In this document: positions 22,845-31,614 of the stretch, piece after piece
How the letters are laid out: each line of letters opens with the position of its first letter
Numbering within the stretch: the stretch's first letter is position 1
Notes under the pieces: model-generated
What the model was told of the DNA's origin: nothing
The model's database searches: none
What the model saw: the letters and a program-made list of their open reading frames with translations, nothing else
Assembly (NCBI GenBank): GCA_964474005.1
Contig: CAYYRM010000001.1
Span: forward strand, 1-49,675
Direction of reading: 5' to 3'
Source: an uncultured Eubacteriales bacterium
GTDB taxonomy: Bacteria > Bacillota > Proteinivoracia > Proteinivoracales > Proteinivoracaceae
Length of the DNA: 49,675 nucleotides
Made by a program: the position numbers and the translations under genes

Positions 22845-22856
22845 GGGGGATTTTTT
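22827..22856 (+). terminator. Terminator overlapping the end of the 75-aa ORF
   Basis: AATCCCCCT...AGGGGGATT followed by a T-run. Confidence 0.75.
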
Positions 22857-22897
22857 ATGGGCAATTGGATATGGTACATGATTTTACAATAAAAGGT

Positions 22898-22925
22898 TTG
22901 ACATATGCCAAAAGGAATATATAAT
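22898..22925 (+). promoter_or_regulatory. Sigma-A promoter for the DUF4446 gene
   Basis: TTGACA-16 bp-TATAAT. Confidence 0.6.
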
Positions 22926-22962
22926 TATAATATTAAAAGATAATTCCAGGAGGTAATAAATA

Positions 22963-23466
22963 ATGGATCAAATTTTAGAAATATTTTCGGAGTTTAATAG
23001 TATAATCTTATTAACATTGTCACTGCTGCTACTTTTATCATGGATTGTCTTTTTCATAACCACTGGAAAACTAAACAAAAGATTGAAAAAGTTTAGACAG
23101 CTGCTTACTTATACCGGTGATAGAAACATAGAGCAAATTTTAGTTGAATATGCTAAGAAGCTTCAGGCTTTAGATAACGAAACCCAAAGACTTGATAGGA
23201 ACATTGTAAATACCCAGAAGAAAATAAAGGAACATCCTCAATTCCTCGGTATGGTAAGATTCAATGCATTTGGAAACACTGGAAGCGATTTAAGCTTTGC
23301 CATTGCCCTGCTTGACGATAAATATGATGGTTTTGTATTGAGTAGTATATACGGACGGGAAGAATCTAGGACATATGCAAAACCAATTGAGGCAGGAAAA
23401 TCAACCTATCACTTGACAAAAGAAGAAGAACAAGCAATAGAAATAGCAAAAAAGAAAAAAATCTAA
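22963..23466 (+). CDS. DUF4446 family protein
   Basis: N-terminal TM plus coiled coil, GMVRFNAFGNTGSDLSFAIALLD...GFVLSSIYGREESRTYAKPI...LTKEE. Confidence 0.88.
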   Translation: MDQILEIFSEFNSIILLTLSLLLLLSWIVFFITTGKLNKRLKKFRQLLTYTGDRNIEQILVEYAKKLQALDNETQRLDRNIVNTQKKIKEHPQFLGMVRFNAFGNTGSDLSFAIALLDDKYDGFVLSSIYGREESRTYAKPIEAGKSTYHLTKEEEQAIEIAKKKKI

Positions 23467-23470
23467 TCCT

Positions 23471-23497
23471 GCAGGATTTTAAAGGGTTATGGCGAAT
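23471..23497 (+). promoter_or_regulatory. Sigma-H-type promoter upstream of M23-bactofilin
   Basis: GCAGGATTT-11 bp-GGCGAAT matches RNAGGAWWW-N11/12-RNNGAAT. Confidence 0.7.
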
Positions 23498-23526
23498 TAA
23501 TATTAAAGTAGATAAAGAAAGGGGGT

Positions 23527-24429
23527 GTGCTATTGGCGCCTAAGGAAAAAAGTAATAAATTTACCATTATGGTTATACCACATTCCGAAGACTCACCTTT
23601 GGTGTTTAAACTCCCCATAGCTTTGCTACAGGTAATTGGAGTATTAACTTTGGCTGTTATTATGTTTAGCATAGGATTTGTCACCAGATATGTAGATATG
23701 TCAAAATCTTTAGATGAACTTGAATATCTGCGACAAGACAATATCGCTAAAAACGGTCAAATAGAAGCTTTAGCAAAGGAAACCCAACTACTCATAGAAA
23801 TGTTTCAGGAAATTAAAGAGCTTGAAGAAAAGCTTAAAAATCTCACTGGTATTAAAGATGAAGCCAATTTAGGTGGAAATGAAAGGACAGTGGACCAGTA
23901 CCTTTTTGCAACCAATAGGGGTATAACAACATTGGAAAGAGCAAACAGAAGTATTATCCACTTAAACACCTCTATTCCAGATCAAAAGGATACAATGAAT
24001 GAGATGGTTGGTGACATGGAAGAAAGGAATCGTAGGTTGGCTGCAACTCCTAATAGGTGGCCTACAAGCGGTATAATTACTTCACCTTTTGGAAATCGAA
24101 GGGGTCCCTTCATTGGTGCTATTGAGTTTCACTCTGGGATTGACATAGCAAATAGAACTGGTACAGCAGTTTGGGCTACTGCCAATGGAACTGTAACATT
24201 CGCTGGATATAGGGGCGGTTATGGAAACCTTATAATCATTGACCATGGCTACGGATTTAGTACATATTATGCTCATTTATCAAGAATCAATGTTAGGGCT
24301 GGTCAATGGGTTCAAAGGGGAAGTACCATTGGACTTATGGGTAGCACTGGTAATAGCACTGCACCACACCTACATTATGAAGTTAGGGTAAGAGGTACGC
24401 CTGTTAATCCTAGAAATTATATGAACTAA
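23527..24429 (+). CDS. M23 family peptidoglycan endopeptidase with N-terminal TM and coiled coil
   Basis: HSGIDIA, YGNLIIIDHG, YAHL, STAPHLHYEV. Confidence 0.93.
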   Translation: MLLAPKEKSNKFTIMVIPHSEDSPLVFKLPIALLQVIGVLTLAVIMFSIGFVTRYVDMSKSLDELEYLRQDNIAKNGQIEALAKETQLLIEMFQEIKELEEKLKNLTGIKDEANLGGNERTVDQYLFATNRGITTLERANRSIIHLNTSIPDQKDTMNEMVGDMEERNRRLAATPNRWPTSGIITSPFGNRRGPFIGAIEFHSGIDIANRTGTAVWATANGTVTFAGYRGGYGNLIIIDHGYGFSTYYAHLSRINVRAGQWVQRGSTIGLMGSTGNSTAPHLHYEVRVRGTPVNPRNYMN

Positions 24430-24448
24430 TAAATGGGAGGGAATTTAA

Positions 24449-24838
24449 GTGTTTAAGAAAAAGGAAGAGTTAGATTTTGCAAAGGTAGATACCATCATAG
24501 GTAAAGACACTGAGTTAAACGGTAATGTAAACGGTAAAGGCATTTTAAGGGTTGATGGTAGGTTGGTTGGTGAGTTAAATCAAAATGGTGATGTTTTTGT
24601 AGGGGAAACTGGAATTATCGATGCTAATATTAAAGCTAGACACATTACCATCGCTGGAACAGTAAATGGAGATATTGAAGGTACAGGTCTTCTAGAGCTT
24701 TTACCCACCGCTAGGCTATTTGGAGATATCAAAGTTCAAAATCTGTCAATAGGTGACGGTGCGGTATTTAAAGGTTCTTGTGAAATGAAAAGAACAGAAA
24801 CAGTTAAAGAATTAAAAGCTGACCCTAATAAAAAATAA
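24449..24838 (+). CDS. Bactofilin (polymer-forming cytoskeletal protein)
   Basis: TIIGKDTELNG...LRVDG...VGETG...IAGTVNGDI...IGDGAVFKGSCEM beta-helix pattern. Confidence 0.92.
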   Translation: MFKKKEELDFAKVDTIIGKDTELNGNVNGKGILRVDGRLVGELNQNGDVFVGETGIIDANIKARHITIAGTVNGDIEGTGLLELLPTARLFGDIKVQNLSIGDGAVFKGSCEMKRTETVKELKADPNKK

Positions 24839-24864
24839 GGTGGATTATTCCACCTTATTTTTTT

Positions 24865-24894
24865 GTATAAAACAAAAGACTTAAAAGCATAATA
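24865..24894 (+). promoter_or_regulatory. Sigma-G-type forespore promoter for the ykuS-like gene
   Basis: GTATA-18 bp-CATAATA. Confidence 0.55.
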
Positions 24895-24918
24895 ATAAAA
24901 ACAAAGAGGAGGCATGCC

Positions 24919-25161
24919 ATGAGGAGAATAGTTGCAGTGGAAGATGGACTAAGTCAAGTTAAAGAAGCTTTAGAAAATGAAGGTTTTAAAGCAGTTGATT
25001 TATCACAGAATTTCGTGGATCCTGTGGCAATAGTGGTAACAGGAATGGATCAAGATTTCTTAGGTATGGAAACTGTGACCAATGAAGTACCAGTAATAAA
25101 TTGTAGTTCTTTAACGGCTAATGAGGTTGTTCAACAAATTAAAAACAGAATAGTGCATTAA
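24919..25161 (+). CDS. ykuS: YkuS family (UPF0180) protein
   Basis: VAVEDGLSQVKEALENEG...AIVVTGMDQDFLGM...PVINCSSLTANEV. Confidence 0.85.
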   Translation: MRRIVAVEDGLSQVKEALENEGFKAVDLSQNFVDPVAIVVTGMDQDFLGMETVTNEVPVINCSSLTANEVVQQIKNRIVH

Positions 25162-25188
25162 AAAGCATAGCCATTGGGCTATGCTTTT
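25161..25188. terminator. Bidirectional terminator between convergent ykuS and yyaC
   Basis: AAAAGCATAGCC-attg-GGCTATGCTTTT. Confidence 0.8.
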
Positions 25189-25778
25189 CTTTTAGAATTT
25201 AGTAAGGTTAAATCAATAATAGTGGATTCAAGGGCCTTAGAAATAACGTTGGCCATTTTCATAACTGTGGCTAATCTTGTGTTTTGTAATACAAAGTATT
25301 CCATGAATCCTCCTACATTAACAACCCCAGTGAGATAAATGTGGCCAACCTCTGGGAGGTTTTTCTTAACTCCTGCGCCAGGTTTTAAACTGCCTATTCC
25401 CACAGAAACTGTGCTGACATTTTCAATGTTACCCAAACAAGCATCCACTGCAATTACCAGAGGATTAGCCAGCTTAGGAATAGCCATAAGCTTTTCTTCT
25501 AAATTAGCAGCATGAACTGGGTCATCTAAGGTACCCATTATATGAATATTATCGTATCTATTAAGTTCTTCTATTTTGGAGCCCACCAAGGGACCCAAAC
25601 TGTCACCAGTGGATCTGTCCGTCCCTATACACATTATAACAATATCAGACCAGTCGGGTTTAACAGTGTGGATATAGTCTAGTAAGTTGTTCTTTAAGGT
25701 AAAATGAGAAATACCCGAGGAACAATCTACGCGATTTGTATATTGCTTTTTATCTGTCCTATTGAATATACCGAACAT
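25179..25778 (-). CDS. yyaC: Spore protease YyaC
   Basis: CIGTDRSTGDSLGPLVG, GTLDDPVHAANL, IAVDACLG, LQNTRL. Confidence 0.95.
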   Translation of the reverse strand: MFGIFNRTDKKQYTNRVDCSSGISHFTLKNNLLDYIHTVKPDWSDIVIMCIGTDRSTGDSLGPLVGSKIEELNRYDNIHIMGTLDDPVHAANLEEKLMAIPKLANPLVIAVDACLGNIENVSTVSVGIGSLKPGAGVKKNLPEVGHIYLTGVVNVGGFMEYFVLQNTRLATVMKMANVISKALESTIIDLTLLNSKRKA

Positions 25779-25881
25779 ATTAACCTCCTAATAAATTTGC
25801 CGTAATAATTTTTATGTAAAATATTGAAAATTATTCATAAAGGTAAATAGAATTTAATAAACAGTGTTGGGAGGGATTTTA

Positions 25882-26919
25882 ATGAAAAACAATGAACAAT
25901 ATAAAATAGCTTTTACCTATGTTGGTGCAATTGTGGGTGCAGGATTTGCCACAGGGCAAGAAATATATCAGTTCTTTACTATATTTGGATCTAGGGCTAT
26001 ATGGGGAGCACTGGTATCAGTTATAGGTTTTATTGTGTTTGGCTGGATGTTCATGACTATTACATATACTGAAAAAATTTACTCATATAAAGATTTCTTG
26101 TTAGTTATATGTGGAAAAGAATTAGCAAAAATATTTGATTTGATGATTAGTTGCTTCCTTTTTGGAGGGTACACAATTATGCTAGCGGCGGGTTCATCTT
26201 TAGTTAAAAACAATATAACAAATAGTCACCTAGGAGCTACGATTTTTGTTGCAGCTATAATTTATTTAAGTTTTCTTAAAGGTACCAATGGGATTATTAA
26301 ATTAAACTCAATACTCATACCAATTTTAATGTTAATAATAGTGGGGGTATGTACAGTAAACATTGTTTATCCTCCTGCATTTTTAGTTTTTTCCAAAGGT
26401 TTAATTCCAAAAAACCCCACAATTTCTGGGCTTACATATTTGTCATATAATTTAATAATAGGGATGGTTGTATTATCGTCCTTAAAGGGAGAAATATACA
26501 AAAAAAAATCTGTAATAAACGCTCCAATAATCGCAGGATTGTCCTTAGGGTTGATGATGTTCTTAATAATTTTTGCCACAATGGGTTTACAAAAACCCTC
26601 AGAGATACCTATACTAGATTTAGCGCATGGCATAGATAAGATTTTTTTCTTTATCTTGATAATGGGGGTGGGTATAGCAATATTAACATCTGCATTAGCC
26701 TCAGGACATGGATTAATTATTAGGTTGCAACAAAGGATAGATTTGAAATATAATGTTTTTGTATTTATAATAACTATAATGGCAATACCCTTATCGTTAA
26801 TGGGATTTACATCGTTGATAAAATTTATTTACCCTTTGTTTGGTTTTATAAATTATTTAATTATGTTCTTTACTGTTTTATATTTTATTCGCAAATATAT
26901 ATCTTTATTTAAAGTTTAG
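25882..26919 (+). CDS. YkvI/YyaD family membrane protein
   Basis: AFTYVGAIVGAGFATGQEIYQFF, about 10 TM segments, GFTSLIKFIYPLFG; divergent from yyaC. Confidence 0.85.
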   Translation: MKNNEQYKIAFTYVGAIVGAGFATGQEIYQFFTIFGSRAIWGALVSVIGFIVFGWMFMTITYTEKIYSYKDFLLVICGKELAKIFDLMISCFLFGGYTIMLAAGSSLVKNNITNSHLGATIFVAAIIYLSFLKGTNGIIKLNSILIPILMLIIVGVCTVNIVYPPAFLVFSKGLIPKNPTISGLTYLSYNLIIGMVVLSSLKGEIYKKKSVINAPIIAGLSLGLMMFLIIFATMGLQKPSEIPILDLAHGIDKIFFFILIMGVGIAILTSALASGHGLIIRLQQRIDLKYNVFVFIITIMAIPLSLMGFTSLIKFIYPLFGFINYLIMFFTVLYFIRKYISLFKV

Positions 26920-26961
26920 TAATTCATATGATTAAAACTTAAATTTGAGGAGTGGACAAGC

Positions 26962-27516
26962 ATGGATGAAAATTTAGAGTTAATGTATGAAGAAGGAGAA
27001 AAAGCTTTAAAGAATGGTCAAAACAAAGATGCCTATAATATCTTTAAGAAAATTACTGAAATAGACCCAAACCACAGTAAAAGCCATAACAAAATAGGTG
27101 TAATATTAGCCAATGTAGGTCAGCTGGATGTGGCAAAGGAATTCTTTACTAAAGCCATTGCCACAGATGAAAAAAATGCATCGGCTAAGGTTAATCTAGG
27201 AAACATATATTTTCAGAATAAAGCTTATGATGAAGCCAAAAGCTTATACCTTGAGGCATATGACATGGATAAAGAAAACCCAATACTTCTTAATAATTTA
27301 GCCACCATATATAAAAAAGAAGGCAAGATCGAAGACTATCTAAAGTATTACAAGCTCTCACAAAAATTTTTAAAGGAGAATCTAAAAAGCGAAGTAAAAC
27401 AAGATAATTTCCTTAAAAAACGTAGAGAGGCTCAGAAAGAAAAAAAAGGTTGCCTTGGGCAAACTTTGATGATATGTTTAATTGTAATAGGTGCATTGTT
27501 TAGTAACATATTATAA
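26962..27516 (+). CDS. Tetratricopeptide repeat protein with C-terminal membrane anchor
   Basis: TPR-like repeats (HNKIGVILA, VNLGNIY, NNLATIY) and hydrophobic tail after KKGCLG. Confidence 0.85.
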   Translation: MDENLELMYEEGEKALKNGQNKDAYNIFKKITEIDPNHSKSHNKIGVILANVGQLDVAKEFFTKAIATDEKNASAKVNLGNIYFQNKAYDEAKSLYLEAYDMDKENPILLNNLATIYKKEGKIEDYLKYYKLSQKFLKENLKSEVKQDNFLKKRREAQKEKKGCLGQTLMICLIVIGALFSNIL

Positions 27517-27527
27517 GGGGGAGAAAA

Positions 27528-27878
27528 TTGAGCAAAAAAACACCTTTTTTTGTTATTGCCAGATTCGTATTACTGCTGCTATTTGCGGAACTGATTTTTT
27601 ACTTTTTTAAAACAAACTTTAACTTTGAAGTTCTTTTCTTTACTCCTTTTATTTTTTTGGCTGTTAAAATAACATATGATATCTATACTGTTTTAGTGTA
27701 TAAAGAACGTCTTTTCAGCTATTTCGAAGATTACTTAAAGGAATTATTTTATTTAGTACTAATTTCACTTATTGCTGGAGGTATAGCATTTGGAGCTCAG
27801 ATATACCTAAGGGGAGATGTTCGTATTACAATACTTGCAGTTGTATCTACCCTTTATTTAAAAAAGAATAAACAATAA
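27528..27878 (+). CDS. Hypothetical membrane protein (about 4 TM)
   Basis: RBS AAGGGGGAG before TTG; hydrophobic; operonic spacing. Confidence 0.65.
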   Translation: MSKKTPFFVIARFVLLLLFAELIFYFFKTNFNFEVLFFTPFIFLAVKITYDIYTVLVYKERLFSYFEDYLKELFYLVLISLIAGGIAFGAQIYLRGDVRITILAVVSTLYLKKNKQ

Positions 27879-27899
27879 GAATTGGAGAGTGGAGATTGT

Positions 27900-29051
27900 A
27901 TGGCCCAAACGGTCAAAAAGAGGGTTAAAGCTGTAAACCTAGAAGCTTTTATGATAACTGGTTTACTAATATCTTTTATGGCAATCATAGGATTTAAAAT
28001 GGGTTTTGATAATATGTTTTCAACCATTATGAAAACAGCCCATGATTTGTTATTAAATACAGTTTTATACATTATGGCTGTTGCTGTATTGGCAGGTGCG
28101 TTAGGAGCCGTAGCAGTTGAGTTTGGTTTAATTGCATTGTTAAACAAAATATTATCTCCTTTGATGAAACCACTTTTTAAATTGCCTGGCGCTGCAGCCA
28201 TTGGGGGAATAACAACATATATATCAGACAATCCTGCAATAATTAGCTTAGCCAAAGACGAAGGTTTTAAGAAATATTTTAAGAAGCATCAGTTGCCTGT
28301 TTTCTGCAATTTAGGAACAGCCTTTGGTATGGGCCTTATAGTTACAAGTTTCATGATAGCTAGGGGAAGTGAATTTGTGATCCCTGCAATTATAGGAAAC
28401 ATAGGTGCTGTGATAGGTTGTATTGTCAGTGTTAGAATTATGCTAAAGGCCACCACCAAATATTATGACGCTAAAGATGATCATGTGGAATTAGATGACT
28501 CTGAGTTATTTGATTATAGAGAGATAAGAGAGGGATCTATTTTACAAAGGTTTTTGGAATCAATATTAGAAGGCGGTAGAAATGGTGTGTAAATGGGTCT
28601 AGCCATAATACCTGGGGTATTATTTATATGTACTTTGGTATTAATGCTAACATTTGGGCCATCGGAAGCTGGTTATACAGGCTCTGCTTTTGAGGGGATA
28701 GGCCTTTTACCAGCTGTGGGGCATTTACTTTACCCCGTTTTACAACCATTATTTGGTTTTAGCTCAGCTGAAGCCTTAGCATTTCCCATTACAGCATTAG
28801 GTGCAGTGGGTGCAGCATTGGGTCTTATCCCAGGCTTTTTTGAAAGGGGACTTATACAACCTTCTGATATTGCTGTATTCACTGCAATGGGCATGTGTTG
28901 GTCAGGTTTCTTATCCACCCATGTGGCAATGATGGATGCATTGAATACAAGGGAGTTAATAAATAAAGCTATTTTTGCTCACACAATTGGAGGATTGGTG
29001 GCAGGAATTTCTGCAAATATAATCATGAGGCTATTAAGTATATTGTTATAA
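27900..29051 (+). pseudogene. Nucleoside-recognition Gate-domain membrane transporter (CD0519/CD1768-like) interrupted by in-frame TAA at 28590-28592
   Basis: ORFs 27900-28592 and 28593-29051 share one frame and read ...ILEGGRNGV*MGLAIIPGV..., which looks like one continuous protein; motifs SDNPAIISL, NLGTAFGMG, CWSGFLSTH. Confidence 0.7.
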
Positions 29052-29100
29052 CCTGTCATAATACTCACCTTTGTAAAATAATTTTTATGGAGGTGAGTTT

Positions 29101-29748
29101 ATGATTATTGATATATTAATGGTAAATACTATTTTCTGGAGCTTAATTGTGGGTTATAAAAAAGGACATAAAAGAATTATTGCAAAGTTAGGCTGTATCT
29201 TATTTGCACTTATGGTTGCATTATCCTTAATAAAAGCAATAAATCTTATTGATAACAACATGGTTATAGAAGCCATAAATCAAAGTAATTACACCATACC
29301 TGTCACTGAAAAAACCACTAAAGATTACTTCTTGACAAAGGGTTTCGTAGATGAGCTACCTGTTACAACAGAAATTCAAAAAAAAATAATAAGTCATTAT
29401 TATAGTGATAATAGTATTTATGTGGCTGAAGAGTTAATATTTGTTTCAAGTATGGTAATAACCAAGACCATGGAATTTTTGTTATTTTTTATTATTATTA
29501 TATTTTTTTTAAATGGCATGGGTGTTATAATAAATCATAGGCAAAATAGAATTGAAGATTATGGTGGGAGTTTGTTTACAGCTGTTTTATACCTATTGTC
29601 AAACTTAATTTTGGTTTCATCTGTTATAGTACTTTCAAATTTGTTGTTTTTGTTTTTGCTTACTGACTTACCCAAGATTAATTTAGAAGGTTCAATTTTT
29701 ATACCTGTAATACATAAAATCGTAGATATGATTATTCGACTACTTTAA
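29101..29748 (+). CDS. Hypothetical membrane protein, possibly CvpA-like
   Basis: RBS GGAGGTG; N-terminus IIDIL...GYKKG resembles CvpA family starts; several TM segments. Confidence 0.55.
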   Translation: MIIDILMVNTIFWSLIVGYKKGHKRIIAKLGCILFALMVALSLIKAINLIDNNMVIEAINQSNYTIPVTEKTTKDYFLTKGFVDELPVTTEIQKKIISHYYSDNSIYVAEELIFVSSMVITKTMEFLLFFIIIIFFLNGMGVIINHRQNRIEDYGGSLFTAVLYLLSNLILVSSVIVLSNLLFLFLLTDLPKINLEGSIFIPVIHKIVDMIIRLL

Positions 29749-29758
29749 GGGGGCTAAA

Positions 29759-30004
29759 TTGATGGAATTAAGATTTAAAACTGAAGGTACTTGCGCAAAG
29801 GAGATAATATTTACATTACAAGATGGTATAATAAAGCAAGTGGAATTCGTAAACGGATGCAGTGGAAATGTGCAAGGGATTGCTAGATTAGTTGAAGGAA
29901 GACCAGTGGATGAAATAATTGATAGACTTACGGGTATTCAATGTAGAAATGGTACTTCCTGTCCTGACCAGTTAGCCAAAGCATTGAAAGGAGCCAGTGC
30001 TTAA
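29759..30004 (+). CDS. TSCPD-domain protein (TIGR03905 family)
   Basis: GTCAKEI...FVNGCSGNVQGIARLVEG...GIQCRNGTSCPDQLAKAL. Confidence 0.9.
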   Translation: MMELRFKTEGTCAKEIIFTLQDGIIKQVEFVNGCSGNVQGIARLVEGRPVDEIIDRLTGIQCRNGTSCPDQLAKALKGASA

Positions 30005-30199
30005 ATGGGAGGATCTTTCGAAATTGGTGATATAGTGGAGATGAAAAAAACACACCCCTGTGGTAATAAAGAGTGGGAAATTTTACGGGTAGGAATGGAT
30101 TTTCGAATCAGATGCACCAAATGCGAAAGAAATATATTATTACCTAGGGAGAAATTTGAAAAAGGATATAAGAAGACCATAAACCCTAAAAGTCCTTAG
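30005..30199 (+). CDS. DUF951 family protein (YyzM-like)
   Basis: GDIVEMKKTHPCG...WEILRVGMDFRIRCTKC. Confidence 0.92.
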   Translation: MGGSFEIGDIVEMKKTHPCGNKEWEILRVGMDFRIRCTKCERNILLPREKFEKGYKKTINPKSP

Positions 30200-30237
30200 G
30201 GTTTGCTTTTTTTTATAAGTATGTTATAATATTATAG

Positions 30238-30286
30238 TCCCTGCCCTGAGAAAATCAGGGCCGCTTAGTCCAAAGGGAGGAGGTGA
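30238..30286 (+). ncRNA. S6:S18 ribosomal protein leader (cis-regulatory RNA)
   Basis: Outer stem TCCCT/AGGGA overlapping the RBS, inner hairpin GCCCTGA-gaaaa-TCAGGGC, CCG motif at the junction; directly upstream of rpsF. Confidence 0.75.
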
Positions 30287-30577
30287 ATGTCGATGACAAA
30301 ATATGAGTTAATTTATATTTTAACCCCTGAACTTGATCAAGAAGCAATACAAGCTAATGTTGAAAAGTTCAACGGCATCATTACTAATCAAGGTGGAACT
30401 GTTGATGAAGTAAATGAGTGGGGTAAAAGAAGGTTGGCTTATGAAATCAACGATATTAAAGAAGGTTACTATGTATTAGTGAACTTCTCTGGTAACGGTG
30501 ATGTAGTAAGTGAACTAGAGCGTATCTTCAAAATTTCTGAAGGAATTCTAAGACATCTTATAGTAAAAAAAGCATAA
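30287..30577 (+). CDS. rpsF: 30S ribosomal protein S6
   Basis: [25 protein letters not shown]. Confidence 0.98.
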   Translation: MSMTKYELIYILTPELDQEAIQANVEKFNGIITNQGGTVDEVNEWGKRRLAYEINDIKEGYYVLVNFSGNGDVVSELERIFKISEGILRHLIVKKA

Positions 30578-30593
30578 TAAAGGGGGAAAAGCA

Positions 30594-30983
30594 ATGATAA
30601 ATAGAGTAGTTTTAGTGGGGCGTTTAACTAAAGACCCAGAACTTAGATACACACCCAATACTGGAATTGCTGTAACCACCTTTACCTTGGCAGTCAACCG
30701 TAATTTCACAAATCAACAAGGTGAGAGGGAAGCGGATTTTGTCCCCATCGTTGTTTGGAGACAAGCTGCTGAGAATTGTGCTAACTACTTAAGAAAAGGT
30801 TCTCTAGCGGGAGTTGACGGAAGGATACAAACTAGGAGCTACGATACCCCAGAAGGTCAAAAGAGGTATGTAACTGAGGTTGTTGCAGATAATGTTAGGT
30901 TTTTGGACTCAAAACCTAAATCTGACAACCAAGAGTTTTATTCCAATTTTGGTCAAGAAGTAGATGAGGATGTTCCATTTTAA
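30594..30983 (+). CDS. ssb: Single-stranded DNA-binding protein
   Basis: [18 protein letters not shown], acidic tail DEDVPF. Confidence 0.98.
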   Translation: MINRVVLVGRLTKDPELRYTPNTGIAVTTFTLAVNRNFTNQQGEREADFVPIVVWRQAAENCANYLRKGSLAGVDGRIQTRSYDTPEGQKRYVTEVVADNVRFLDSKPKSDNQEFYSNFGQEVDEDVPF

Positions 30984-30999
30984 TTAGTAAGGAGGGAAA

Positions 31000-31230
31000 A
31001 TGATGCGTAGAGATAAAAGAAGAGGCAGAAAAAAAGTATGTAGCTTCTGTGTAGATAAAGTCGAGCACATCGATTACAAAGCTACAGATAAACTTCGTAA
31101 ATACGTAACAGACCGTGGTAAAATCATGCCTAGACGTATTGCGGGGACATGTGCTCCACATCAAAGACAATTAACAATGGCTATTAAAAGAGCTAGACTT
31201 ATTGCTTTATTGCCATTTACAGCCGAATAG
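31000..31230 (+). CDS. rpsR: 30S ribosomal protein S18 (zinc-binding form)
   Basis: KVCSFC...IDYK...[16 protein letters not shown]...IKRAR. Confidence 0.98.
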   Translation: MMRRDKRRGRKKVCSFCVDKVEHIDYKATDKLRKYVTDRGKIMPRRIAGTCAPHQRQLTMAIKRARLIALLPFTAE

Positions 31231-31246
31231 ATTATAATGAACAATA

Positions 31247-31270
31247 TGGGGCAAAGTATTTTGCCCCTTT
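31247..31270 (+). terminator. Terminator after rpsR
   Basis: GGGGCAAA-gtat-TTTGCCCC-TTT. Confidence 0.75.
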
Positions 31271-31302
31271 GTTATACATACGATTCAATGTGGGGTGACA
31301 GT

Positions 31303-31614
31303 ATGGGAAGTGAGAAAAACAAATATGACATAGTTAGAAATATTCATAGTATCGAGTCACTGAAAGTTAATTTGTTGGCTGGTATAACAAAGGTTTTTGA
31401 TGGCCTACATAAGGGCAAAGAGGAGCAAGTATTTGAGTTTATTGCCAATATAATGGTTAGCCTATATTGTCTATCCAAAAGAATGGGTTATAGCTATAGG
31501 AAAATTGATCAAAAACTACAAGAAACTGTATCAGCCCTGGAAAATAACCAAAATAATGAGTTTGCTGATGATATACGAGAATTAAAACAATACCTGAAGG
31601 TGAGGGGTGAATAA
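31303..31614 (+). CDS. MazG-like family protein
   Basis: DIVRNIHSIESLKVNLL...YCLSKRMG; usual clostridial position between rpsR and yybS; start moved to ATG 31303. Confidence 0.75.
   Translation: MGSEKNKYDIVRNIHSIESLKVNLLAGITKVFDGLHKGKEEQVFEFIANIMVSLYCLSKRMGYSYRKIDQKLQETVSALENNQNNEFADDIRELKQYLKVRGE

Noticed and set aside
30594-30983. Short SSB (129 aa) as a truncated gene
   Set aside because: The OB fold and acidic DEDVPF tail are intact; only the variable linker is short.
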